A DNA stretch of 64,000 bases, taken from NCBI RefSeq assembly GCF_009914755.1, contig NC_060947.1; one strand, given 5' to 3'. Source of the stretch: the human T2T-CHM13v2.0 reference genome, Homo sapiens. Shown piece by piece: positions 52,335 through 64,000 of this stretch. The position numbers and the translations under genes were made by a program. Under the pieces are notes generated by a model. That model saw nothing but the letters and a program-made list of their open reading frames with translations. It was not told the DNA's origin and did no database searches. Position 1 is the stretch's first letter, and each line of letters begins with the position of its first letter.

Positions 52335-55300
52335 TTCCGCTCTTATTTAACATTATGATCTCCAGTTCCATTTATATTGTTGCAAATGACTGAATCTCAT
52401 TCTTATTTGTAATTAAATAGTACCCTATTGTGAATCTTTACATTTTATTTATCCATTCACCTTTTTTTATTTTGATGAACACATACATTACTTGCAAATC
52501 TTCGCTATTGTAAGCAGTCTTGCAACAAACATAGAAGTGCAGATATCTCTTTGATATACTGATTTTCTTGTTTGGGAGTACGCCCATGGGATTGCTGGAT
52601 TATATACTAGCACAATTTTTAGTTCTTTGAATAACCTCCAAACTTTTCTCCATAGTAGTTTTATTAATTTACCTTCCCACCAACAGTGTAGAAGGGTTTT
52701 TTTTTTTTTTTCTTTTTCTCCACATCCTCATCAGCATTTGTTATTGCCGGATTTTTAGATATAAGCCATTTTAACTGGGGTAAGAAAATATTTTATTTTA
52801 GTTTTGATTTGCATTTCTCTGATGATCAATGATGTTGAGCACCTTTTCATATGTCTGTTTGTCATTTGTATGTCTTCTTTTGAGAAATGTCCATTCAAAT
52901 ATTTTGCCCATATTTGATCACATTATTAGATTTTTTCCTATAGAGCTGTTGGAGCTCCTTATATATTCTGGATACTTATTCCTTATTAGATGGGTAGTTT
53001 ATCAATATTGTCTCCCAATCTGTGGATTGTCTCCTCACTTTGTTGATTGTATCCTTTACTATGTGGAAGCTTTTCACTTCATGTGATACCAGTTGTCTAT
53101 TTTTGTTTGGTTGCCTGTATTTATGGGGTATTGCTCAATAAATTTTTGCCCATACCAGTGTCTTGGAGATTTTCCCTCATGTTTTATTGTAGTGGTTTCA
53201 TTGTTTGGGGTCTAGATTTAAATATTTAATCCATTTTGATTTGATTTTTCTATATGGAGATAGATAGGGGTTGAGTTTCAGTCTTCTGCATATGGATATC
53301 CAATTTTCCCAACACTATTTATTAAAGAGACTGTCTTTTCCCAGTGTATGTTCTTGGCACTTTTGTCAAAAACAAGTGCACTGTAGGTGTATGGATTTAT
53401 TTGTGGGTTCTCTATTCAGTTACATTGGTCTATGTTTCTGGTTTTTTTTATGACAATAGCATGCTGTTTTGCTTAGTATGGTTCCACAGTATAATTTTAA
53501 GTAAGGCAATATAATTCCTCCAGTTGTGTTATTTTTCCTTAGGATAACATTGTCTGTTCTCAGTGTTTTGTGGTTCTTTATGAATTTTAGATTTTTTTTT
53601 TCTATTTCTGTGAAGCATATAATAGGTATTTTAACAGGAATTGAATTGAATCGTAGATAGCCATGGGCCATACTAACATTTTAACAATATTAATTTTTCT
53701 AATGAATGGACATGAAATATTTTTCTGCCTTTTGGTGTCCTCTTCAATTTTTTTTTACTAGTGTTTGACAGTTTTTTTTATTATTATTTTTACATGACAG
53801 TTTTCATTATAGAGATTTTTTTCATTTTTTTGGGTAATCCCTAAATAGTTAATATAATGTGGCTATTGTAAGTGGGGTTACTTTTTTTTAACTTCATTTT
53901 TATGGTGTTCACTGTTGGCATATAAAAATGCTCCTGACTTTTCTATGTTGCTTTTGTATTCTGAAACTTTACTGAATTTGCAGTAGTTTTCTTGCTGAGT
54001 CTTCAGCCTTTTCCAAATATAAGATTATATCATCTGCAACCAAGGGTAATTTGACTTTTTCCTTTTCTAATTGCATGCCCTTAATATTGTTCTCTTGTTT
54101 GATTACTCTAACTAGAACTTCCAATGCTATGTTGAATAACAGTGGTGACATTGGTCAACCTTGTCATGTTCCAGATCTTAGAGGAAAGGCTTTCAGTTTT
54201 TGTCATCAAGTATAATTCTACCTGTGGATTTCTTATATAGGCTTTTATTATGTTGAGGGTTGTTCTTTCTATCCCCAGCTTTTTGAAGGTTTTTATCATG
54301 AAATAATGTTGGATAGTATCAAACACTTTTTTAGCATCAATTGAAATGGCCTTATGGCTATTATCCTATATTCTGTTTATATAATATATCAAATTGATTG
54401 ATTTCATGTTTTGAACCATTCTTACATCCCAGGCATAAATTACTCTTGGCCATCATAAATGATATTTCTGATATATTGTTTAATTTGTTTAGACAGTATT
54501 TCATTTAAAATTTTTTGCATAAATATTCATCAGATATTTTGGCCTCTAACTTTTTTGTTGTTGTTGTTAAGTGTCTTCATCCGGTTTTGGTATCAGGGTA
54601 ATACTGGCCTCATATAATAAGTTTGGAAATATTCCCTCCTCATCTATTTCTCAGAATAGCCTTAGTAGGGTTGGTATTAGTGCTTCTTTAAATGTTTGGT
54701 AGAATTCAGCATTGAAGTCATCAGGTCTTGGGCTTTCTGCTACCAGGAGGCTTTTTAATAGGGCTTCAATCTCATTACTTGATATCAGTTTTGTCAAGTT
54801 TTAGATTTTTTCATTGTTCATGATTGGTAGGTTGTATTTATTTAGGAATTTATTCATTTCTTTTAGATTTTCCAATTTATTGAAATATAGTTGCTCATAG
54901 TAGCCACCAATAATCCTTTGAATTTCTGCAAAATCTGCTATAATGTCTCCTTTCTTATTTCTGATTTTATTAGTTCCTTTCTGGTTTTTTGCTGTTGTTG
55001 TTGTTAGTCTGTCTAAAGGTTTGCCAATTTTTTTAATTTTTCAAAAAACCAACTATTTTTTATTGGTCTTTTGTATTTTTATTTCAATTTCATTTTTCTG
55101 CTGTTATTATTTTTTTCTTCTAGTATTTTTGGATTTGGTTTCCTCTAGCTTTTCTAATTTTTTAAGATGTATTGTTAAATGGTTCATTTGAAGTTTTTCC
55201 TCTTGTTTAATGTAGGCACTTACAGACATAAACTTCCCTCTTAGTACTACTGGTTTTGCTGTATTCCATAGGTTTTGGTATGTTGTTATAATTGTTATTT

Positions 55301-58300
55301 GTTTCTAGAAATTGTTCAATTTTCTTCTTAATTTCTTTTTTCTCTACTTGTCATTCAGTAGCATACTTTTGATTTTTATGTATTTATATGGTTTCCAAAA
55401 TTCCTCTTGTTTAAAATTATTAGTTTTATTCTATTGTGGTCAGAGATTATGCCCAATATTATTTCAATGCTTTTAATGTTTTAGGACTTGTTTTGTTACT
55501 TGTGGACTATCCATGAGAATGATCCATGTGCTGAGGAAAATAAAGTGTATTCCACAGCTATTGGATAAAATTTTCTGTAAATGTCTATTCTAGTCATTTG
55601 GTTGATAGTGAAGATGAAGTCTTATGATTCTTTTTTGGTTTTCTTTATGAAAGATCTGTCCAATGATGAAAACATGGTGTTGAAGTCTTTAGCTATTATT
55701 GTATTGGAGCCTATCACTCCCTTTAGCTCTAATAATATTTGCTTTTTATATCTGAGAATCCAGTGTTGAATGCATATGTATGTAAAATTGCTATATTCTC
55801 TTGCTTCATTGACCCTTGTATCATTAGACAATGACCATCTTGGTCTCTGATAGTTTTTGCCTTGCAATATAGCTTGACTGAGATAAGTATAGCAACTCTT
55901 GCTCTTCATCCCTTTATTTGCAGTCTACCTAAGTCTTTATAGTCAAACTGTATTTCTTTTAGGCAACAAATCAATGATTCTTGTTCTTTTATCTATTTAG
56001 ACAGTCTGTGCATTTTATTGGAGAGTTTAGTTCATTTACATTTAATGTTATGATTGATAAGTATGGACTTACTCTTTCCATTTTCTTCTTTGTTTTCTGA
56101 TTGTTTTGTGGTCTTCTCTTCCTACTTTCTATTCTTTCTTCCTCTAGTGCAGATGATTTTTCTGGTGATATGAGTTAGCTTATTGCTTTTTATTTTTTAT
56201 GAATCTATCATATGTCTTTTTCATTTAAAGTTACCATGTGGCTTACAAACACTACCTTATATCCCACTATTTTTACCAGATAACAACAACACTGTTTGCA
56301 TAAAAAAATCAATCTAAAAAGAAAGCATGAAAACTCTATACCTTAACTTTGTCCCTGTGCTTTTTAACTTTTTGTTGTTTCTATTTATATCTTATTGTAT
56401 TGACTGTGCCTTGAAAAGTTGTTGTAGTTATTTTATTTTTTATTGGTTTATTCTTTAGTCTTTCTACTTAGGATAAGAGACATTTATACACTACAGTTCC
56501 AATGTTATAATATTCTGTATTTTTTGTAGTCATTATTACCAGGGAGTTTTGTACCTTCAGGTAATTATTCATTGCTCATTAGTATTCTGGTTTTCTGATT
56601 GAAGTACTTCCTTTAGAATTTCTTATAATACAGATCTGGGATTAAGAAAATCCCTCAGCTTTTCTTTGTCTAGGAAAGTATTTCTCATTCAAGTTTAAAA
56701 AACATTTTTGCCAGATATACTATTCTACGGTAACAGATTTTTATTCCTTCAGCACTTTAAATATGTTGTGCCTTTCTCTCCAGGCTTGTAAGGTTTCCAC
56801 TGAAAAGTCTACTGCCCAACTTACTGGAGCACCATTGGATGCTATTTGTTTATTTTCTTTTGGTGCATTCAGAACTCTTTCCTTATCCTTAACATTTAGG
56901 AATTTAATTAAAAGTTTTGAAGTACTCTTCTTTTGATTAAATCTTCTTGGTGTTCTATAACCTTCTTAACCTTCTTATACTTTGGTATTAATACCTTTTT
57001 CTAGATTCAGCAAGTTTTGTGTTATTATCCCTTCGAATAAGCTTTCTACCCCTATGTTTATCACTACCTCCTTTTTAATGACAATAACTTTTAGATTTGC
57101 CATTTTGCGGTTGTTTTCTAGATGTTGAAGGTGTACTTCATTGTTTTTATTCTTTTTGCTTTTGTCCCCTTTTACTATGTATTTTTAAATAGCTTGTTTT
57201 CAAACTTACTAATTCTTTCTTCTGCTTGAGCAATTCTGCTATTAAAGGACTCAGGCATTCTTCTGTATGCCATTGCATCTTATAGCTCAAGTATTGCTGC
57301 TTGATTCTTTCTAATTATTATTATTTATTTGTTAAATTTATCTGATGGGATTCTGAATAGCTTCTTTGTGTTACTTTGAATTTCCTTAGTTTCCTCAACA
57401 CTACTATTTTCAATTCTCTGTACATATTTTTTTCTTATATCCAGGATTGATCCCTGGTGCCTTACTTAGTGCATTGGGTGACGTCATGTTTTTCTGAATG
57501 GCATTGATGCTAGTAAATGTTCTTCGGTGTCTGGGCATTGTAGAGTTAGGTGTTTATTGTAGTATTCACTGCATGGGCTTGTTTGTGGTTATTCTTCTTG
57601 GAAATGCTTTCCAGATATTTGAAAGGACTTGAGTGCTGTAATTTAAACTGTATCTACTTTAGGGGTCATTCCAATCCCAGTAATGCTGTGGTTCTTGCAT
57701 ACTCATAGAGGTACAACCTTGATGGTTTTGGACAAGATTGGGAAGAATTCTCTGAATTACCGGAGCATGACTCTTGTTCTCTTTCCTTACTTTCTCCAAA
57801 ACAGAGTCTCTCTCTCTTTCCATTCTGAGCCATCTGAAGCTACAGTTGAAGTGACACTAGCATTCATGTAGCCTCCACTGCTATAACTGTGCTTGATGAG
57901 AACTGAAGCCTGCACAGCACTGGGTCTCACACATGGCCTGCTGTAACCGCTCCCTGGCTACTGCTTATGTTTGCTCAAGGCTCAGTGGTTCTGCAATTAG
58001 CAGGTGGAAAAGCCAGAATGGGCTCTGTACTTCTCATTAGGGTGGCAAGATTTCCTAGGTCCCTGGTAAGTCCAGAGGTGCTGGAAGTCAGAGACTAGAG
58101 TAAAAACCTTATAATTCTCCCTGATGCTCTATTATATTGTAGCTGAGTTGGCACTCAACTACAACATGAAGTCCTTTCCACTCTTCCCTCCCCTTTCCCA
58201 AGGCAGAGGAGCACCACACCATAGTCACTGTCACCCCAGGCCATAAGGAGTACTGCCAGATTATCATTGAGGTTTTCTTAGGGCCCAAGGTCTCTTAAGT

Positions 58301-59497
58301 CAGCTTGTCATAAATGCTGCCTGGGTTGGGACTCACCCTTCATTTAGTGAGCTTCTGGTCCAGCGTAAGTCCAGAAATGCTTTCCAAGAATCAAGTTATG
58401 GAATTTGGAACCCCAAGAGCTTGCTTGGTGCTCTAGCCTCCTGTGGTTGTGCTGGTACCTAAGGGGCAAGACGAAGTCCCTTTTACTTTTACCTTTGCTT
58501 TTCACAAGCAGAAAGAGTTTTGCCACTGGTGGTAATGTGCTGAGCCTCACCTGAAGCCACCAAGTGTCAGAGGCTCACCTAAGGCCTTTAACATAGTACC
58601 TGGGTATCACTGTGAGTTATTCAGAGCCTAAGAGCTCTTCAGTTAATGGGTGATAATGCTGCGAGGACTGGGTCTTTTCCTTCAAGGAAGCAGATTCCCT
58701 TTGGCCCAGTGTCTAGAAATGCTGTCTGAGAGCTAGAGCCTAGAACAGAGGCCTAATGAATCCGATCAGTGCCCCATTTTTCTGTGGCTGAGCTGGTATC
58801 CTAAATGCAAAACAAAGTCCTTCCAACTCTTCCCTCTCCTCTCCTCCAGTGGAAAAAAGAGGTCGCTTTTGGAGCCATGAGCTGCACAGCCTGGGGTTAG
58901 GGGAAGGTGATTCCAGCACTCCCTTGGTTGATTCAGCTATTGTGTCAGTATGTTGTGTGCCTCCCAGTCTGTCTCTGGGCCTAGTTCAGCACTAGGACTC
59001 AAAGAATGATTGCAATTTTTATGGCCCAAACTGTTTTTCAAGTTTACTTGCAAACAAACAGTACTGTAGTCCTAGGTGGTGTGGTTTTCAGGCATTCAAG
59101 TTCAGACTGCTGGAATTGGCAATTCCCATCTGCTAGGGCTGGTTTAAATGCTCCCTCCATTAGCTGAGTTTGGCATGGTTTTTCTTTCTGCTCTAACAGG
59201 ACAGCACTGAGTTCAATGTCTCACATGTTGTGTTCTCTCTCCCTCAGTACCCAGAGATGCTCTCCACACCACACCACTGCTGCCAGAGAGTGAAGAAGAG
59301 GTGGCGTTGGTGATTAAGGACTTCTTCTATTTCTTCAGTTCTTCTTTCAGCAATATAAAACTAAAACCAGGTACTATAAGTAGTCACCATTAGGTTCTCA
59401 TGAAGGTGTTTTTTATGTGTAGATACTTGTTAACTTAGTGTCTTTGCAGAAGGAAAAGTTAGTGAAGCCTTATATTCCATCATCTTGTTCCACCTCC
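52335..59497 (-). mobile_element. L1MA-type LINE-1 copy 3 (5' UTR, ORF1, ORF2, partial 3' UTR; no polyA)
   Basis: Minus-strand RT peptide [26 protein letters not shown] (53969-54151), EN remnant 55622-55909, 5' end tattccatcatcttgttccacctcc. Confidence 0.92.
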
Positions 59498-59499
59498 TA

Positions 59500-60130
59500 G
59501 CAGATCTCTTTTGGTTACTCTTTACATAGAATATTATTTTTTCTATTTTTTTATTTTCAATATATTTGTGTCTTTGTTTCTAAAATGTGTCTCTGTAGAC
59601 AGTATATTATTGGATCTTCCCCTTTTATCAATTCCCCTAGTCTCTATCTTCTATTTGAATTTATTCAATTTTCATTTAAAGTAAGGTGAAAGGAAGAGAT
59701 TTATGCCATTTTTCTATATGGTTTTTAAGTGTTTTCCATATTTTTTGCCTTCAATTCATCAAATGACACTCTTTTGTGTGTTTGATGTTTGATTGATGTT
59801 TCTTTCTAATGTGTTTTCTTTTTATTATTTCCTTCTCATTTTGTTTTCTTTATATTTTTTAGTTGTTTACTTGCTGAAGATTACCATTGGCATCTTAAAT
59901 TTACAGTAAACTAATTTGAATTTATACCCACTTATATTCAATAGTATACAAACACTTTGGTTTAATATAGTTTGCTTCCTTGTATCCTTGTACATTATTG
60001 GTATCACAAATTTCAACTTTGTATATTGCATGGTTATTATTATACATGTATAGTTATCACTTGTTGAATTTTTTTAATAAGAAACTACATGGCAAAGATA
60101 CTTATTCCAATAGTTACCTAGGTAGTACCT
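59500..60130 (-). mobile_element. Older L1M EN-start/inter-ORF fragment
   Basis: gtgtctctgtagacagtatattattggatc. Confidence 0.6.
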
Positions 60131-60138
60131 TTACTGGA

Positions 60139-62380
60139 TGTATTTGTTCGTTCTCACACTACTATAAAGAAAGTACCTGAGACTGGGTAATTTATAAGCA
60201 AAGAAGGTTAATTGACTCACTGTTCCACATGGCTATGAGGCCTCAGGAAAGTTACAATTATGGCAGAAAGGGAAACAGGTACATATTACATGACGGCAGG
60301 TGAGAGAGAGCAAACAAGAGTAGGAAAAACTGTCTTACAAAACCATCAGATCTTGTGAGAACTCACTCGCTATTATGAGAACAGCATGGGGTAAATCACC
60401 CCCATGATCCAATCACCACCCAACTGGTCCCTTCCTTGATATGTGGGGATTATGAGGATTACAATTCAAGAAGAGTTTGGGGGAGGGTACATAGATCCAA
60501 ACCATATTATTCTACAACTGGCCCTTCACAAATCACAAATCCTCACATTCCAAAATACACTTATGCCTTCCCCTCAGTTCCCCAAAGTCTAATCTTTGGA
60601 CTGTGGAATTTTGGGTTAATGCTGGAATGAGTTAAGACAAGACAAGTCTCTTCCACCTAGGAGCTTGTAAAATAAAAAGAAAGTTAGTTACTTCCAAGAT
60701 ACAATGAGGGTACAGGCATTGGATAAGTGTTCCCATTCCAAATAGGAGTAATTGGTCAAAACAAAGAGGCTGCAGGCCCCATGCAAGTCTGAAACCAACT
60801 GGGGCAGACATTAAATCTTAAAGCTCCAAAATAATTTCTCTTGACTCCATGTCTCACATCCACAGAACACTGATGCAAAAGGTGGGCTACTATGGCCTTG
60901 GACAGCCCTGCCCCTGTAGCTTTGCAGAATATAACTTTCTGCCCTGGCCGCTTTTGTGGCTGGTATTGAGTGTCTGTGGCTTTTCCAGGTACACAGTGCA
61001 AGCTGTCAGTGGATCTACTGTTCTGGGGTCTGGAGGGCAGTGGCCCTCTTCTCTCAGCTCCACTAGGCCCCAGTGGGGACCGTGTGTGGAAGCTACAACC
61101 CCACATTTTCCCTTTGCATTGCCCTAGCAGAGGTTCCCCATGAGGGATTTGCCCCTGCAGCAGACTTCTGCCTGGTCATTCAGGCCTTTTCATACATCTT
61201 CTGCTATCTAGGTAGATGTTCCCAAACCTCAATTCTTGACTTCTGTGCATCTGCAGACCCAATGCCGTGTGGAAGCCACTAAGGCTTGAGGCTTGCACCC
61301 TCTGAAGCAATGGCCTAAGCTGTACCTTGGCCCCTTTTAGCCAGGACTGGAGCTAGAGTAGCTGGGACATAGGGCACCAAGTCCCAAGGCTGCACAGAGC
61401 AGGGACGCCTGGGACTGGGCCATGTAACCATTTTTCCCTCCTAGGCCAGTGGGCCTCTGATTAGAGAGGCTGTTGACAAGATCTCTGACATGCCCTGGAG
61501 ACATTTTTCCCATTGTCTTGGTGATTAACATTTGGCTACTTGTTATTTATGCAAATTTCTGCAGCAGGCTTGAATTTCTCTCCAGAAAATGGGTTTTTCT
61601 TTTCTATTGCATCATCAGGCTGCAAATTTTCCAAATTTTTATGCTCTGCTTCCCTTTTAAATATAAATTCCAATTTCAAATCATTTCTCTGAAGTTCAAA
61701 GTTCCACAGATTTCTAGGGTAGGGGCAAAATGCCACCAGTGTCTTTGGTAAAGCATAGCAAGAGTGACCCTCACTCCATTTTTCAACAAGTTTCTCATCT
61801 CCATCTGAGACAACCTCAGCCTGGACTTCATTGTCCATATTACAATTAGCATTTTGATTAAAACTAACAAGTCTCTAGGAAGTTCCAAACTTCCCCACAT
61901 CTTCTTGTCTTCTTCTCAGCCCTCTAAACTGTTTCAACTTCTGCCTGTTTCCCAGTTCCATAGTTGCTTCCACATTTTTGGGTATCCTTATAGCAGTGCC
62001 ACACTCTCTGTGGTACCAATTTCCTGTATTACTTCATTCTCACACTGCTATAATGATACTATCCAAGACTGGGTAATTTATAAACAAAGGAGGTTTAATT
62101 AACTCACAGTTCTGTATGGCTGTGGAGGCCTCAGGAAACTTATAATTATGGTAGAAGGGAAAGCAACCACGTCTTACATGGCATCAGGTGAGATAAAGTG
62201 AGCAAGAGCAGGGAAAACTGCCTTATAAAAGTATCAGATCTTGTGAGAAGTCAGTCACTATCAGGAAAACAGCATGAGGGAAATAGGCCCTCATGAACCA
62301 ATCATCAGGTGCCTCCCCCAACACTGGGAATTACAAATCAACATTAGATTTGGGTGGAGACAAAAAGGGAACCCACATTA
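60139..62380 (-). mobile_element. Complete MaLR provirus (THE1D/MSTA-type): LTR 60139-60509, internal 60510-62024, LTR 62025-62380
   Basis: Two homologous LTRs (ctcacact.ctata...gactgggtaatttataa) flanking ~1.5 kb internal sequence with MaLR ORF remnant MDNEVQAEVVSDGDE (61536-61838). Confidence 0.92.
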
Positions 62381-62419
62381 CTAGTTATAATAATGCATGA
62401 ATCTATCTTAACAGCCTAG

Positions 62420-62770
62420 AATGAAAGATTGTCCTGCTGGCTTTAAAGAAGTTATCTGCTGTGTTGTTAAAAGGCCTGTGAACACCTGTAAGAGCTGAGA
62501 GCAGCCCTCAGCTCACATTCAATAAGAAAATAGGAATCTCAGTACTACAACCCAATGAAACTGAATACTTTCACCAATCTGAAGGAGCTTAGAAGAGGGC
62601 CACAAGCACAGGAAACATAACCTAACTAACATACCTTAATTACAGCCTCGTGAGACCTTGAGCAGAGGACTCAGCTAAGCAATTTCACCATTCCTGATCC
62701 AAGGAAACAGTGGACTAATAAATGTAATGTTTTAACTAAGTTTGTGGTAATTTATTAGGTTGTAACCAAA
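62420..62770 (+). mobile_element. MLT1 LTR fragment (older subfamily)
   Basis: cagcctcgtgagaccttgagcagaggactcagctaagc...ctaagtttgtggtaattt. Confidence 0.75.
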
Positions 62771-63623
62771 AAAAAAAAACCTGGTATAATGTCCTCTTTG
62801 AAATTTTTAATATTTAGTTATATTTATTTATACATATATAATTTACAGAACACATAATATAATTATAATATATATCCCCTTTTTCTTTTATAACAGTCTA
62901 CATTTTATTTGTTTGCTTTATTTTCTTTTCTGTTTTCTATCACTCCTCTTTATCAATCTATATTAACCTCACTCCAAAGGTAAAATTCTAATTCATAATT
63001 TTTAACAACTGTATAATATTAATAATATAAATATAATATTTTTGTGTGCTTATCCATTTAGATTTTTCATCTGTAAAATTCTCATTTATATAATTTGTTC
63101 ATTGTTCTATTCTATAAAATTTTCCTTGTAAATCTCTAACAACCCTTTTTTAATGAATAGGACACATTTTCTATCAACATTATAAGTACATCCTTCAAAA
63201 TCCATAGATTATTTACTAACATTATGGTAACATTTTATGTACAACAGTTTTAATTTTTTTGTATATTCAAATATATCTGATTTTGATTTTTTAAATATTT
63301 TTTGAAGGTTCTGAATTCTAGTATTGATCAAAAAATCACCCCAGCATCTCAGCTAGATTATAAAATGTGTATTAATTATTAGTAATAATATTTTGATACA
63401 CATTCAATCTGGAATGTATTTGAATATTATATATCTACTAGAAGCTTCACTACAATGCTAAATGACGCTGACAAGCTTTGTATCTGTGCTAGTACTCATG
63501 CTATCACTAAATAGTTTAACTTCTGTTCTCATTTTGCTTAGAGTCATTAAAAATGGCTATTGTATTATTTCATACAGCTTTAAACAATATTGATGAAATT
63601 ATACGTGTGTATATATATACCTA

Positions 63624-64000
63624 TAGTCATGCATTAATTAGAGACATGAATATGTTCTGATAAATGCATCACTAGGCAATTTTGTTGTGCATACTTCATA
63701 GACTGTACTTACACAAACCTAGTTGGTATACCCTACTACACATGGGGACTATATGTAATAGCATATTTCTCCTATGCTACAAACCTTTAGAAAATATTAG
63801 TGTACTCAATACTGTAGGAAATTATAGCAAAATGCTCAGAATTTGTGTATGTAAACATCTAAACAATGAAAATGTACAGTAAAATAATATATAAGTGATA
63901 AAATATGGTATACTTACATAGGGCATGTTCCATGAATGGAGCTTACAGGATTGAAATTTTCTCTGTGTGAGTCAGTAAGTGAGTAGTAAGTGAATGTAAA
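63624..64000 (+). mobile_element. Tigger3 (Golem)-family DNA transposon, runs off the window
   Basis: agtcatgc...gttctgataaatgcatc...tgtacttacacaaacctag...catgaatggagcttacagga...tgagtcagtaagtgagtagtaagtgaatgt. Confidence 0.85.

Noticed and set aside
53969-54326. Reverse-transcriptase-like peptides as a possible novel RT system
   Set aside because: Fragmented ORF2 of a dead L1MA with many stops and frameshifts
61536-61838. 100-aa acidic ORF
   Set aside because: Known MaLR internal ORF remnant, truncated

Overview
AT-rich human genomic DNA. The species call rests on an AluYb8, a human-specific subfamily, at 26995-27308. The window is almost entirely transposon-derived, and I found no credible protein-coding exon, RNA gene or CRISPR array; the ORFs I could trace fall in decayed L1, Alu, LTR or microsatellite sequence, or are short AT-rich chance frames. 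Main contents: an internally deleted HERVL with its MLT2A LTR; three near-full-length L1MA-type LINE-1s (-, +, -), all with 5' ends but lacking 3' ends; a truncated MER4 provirus hosting an L1-mobilised HERV-W processed pseudogene (env C-terminus + LTR17 U3-R + polyA), an Alu and a solo LTR; MER41 and LTR18-like solo LTRs; a complete MaLR (THE1D/MSTA) provirus; nine Alus; MER58A, Tigger3, L2 and older L1/MLT1 fragments. I did not find a new biological system. The most unusual signals are structural: locally templated insertions inside a twin-primed L1PA, an L1PB collapsed to its two termini within one TSD pair, TSD-less L1 patches replacing host DNA, and several fold-back micro-inversions, two of which hit the same L1 position in independent copies. 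Subfamily names come from recalled consensus sequences and need RepeatMasker/Dfam confirmation.
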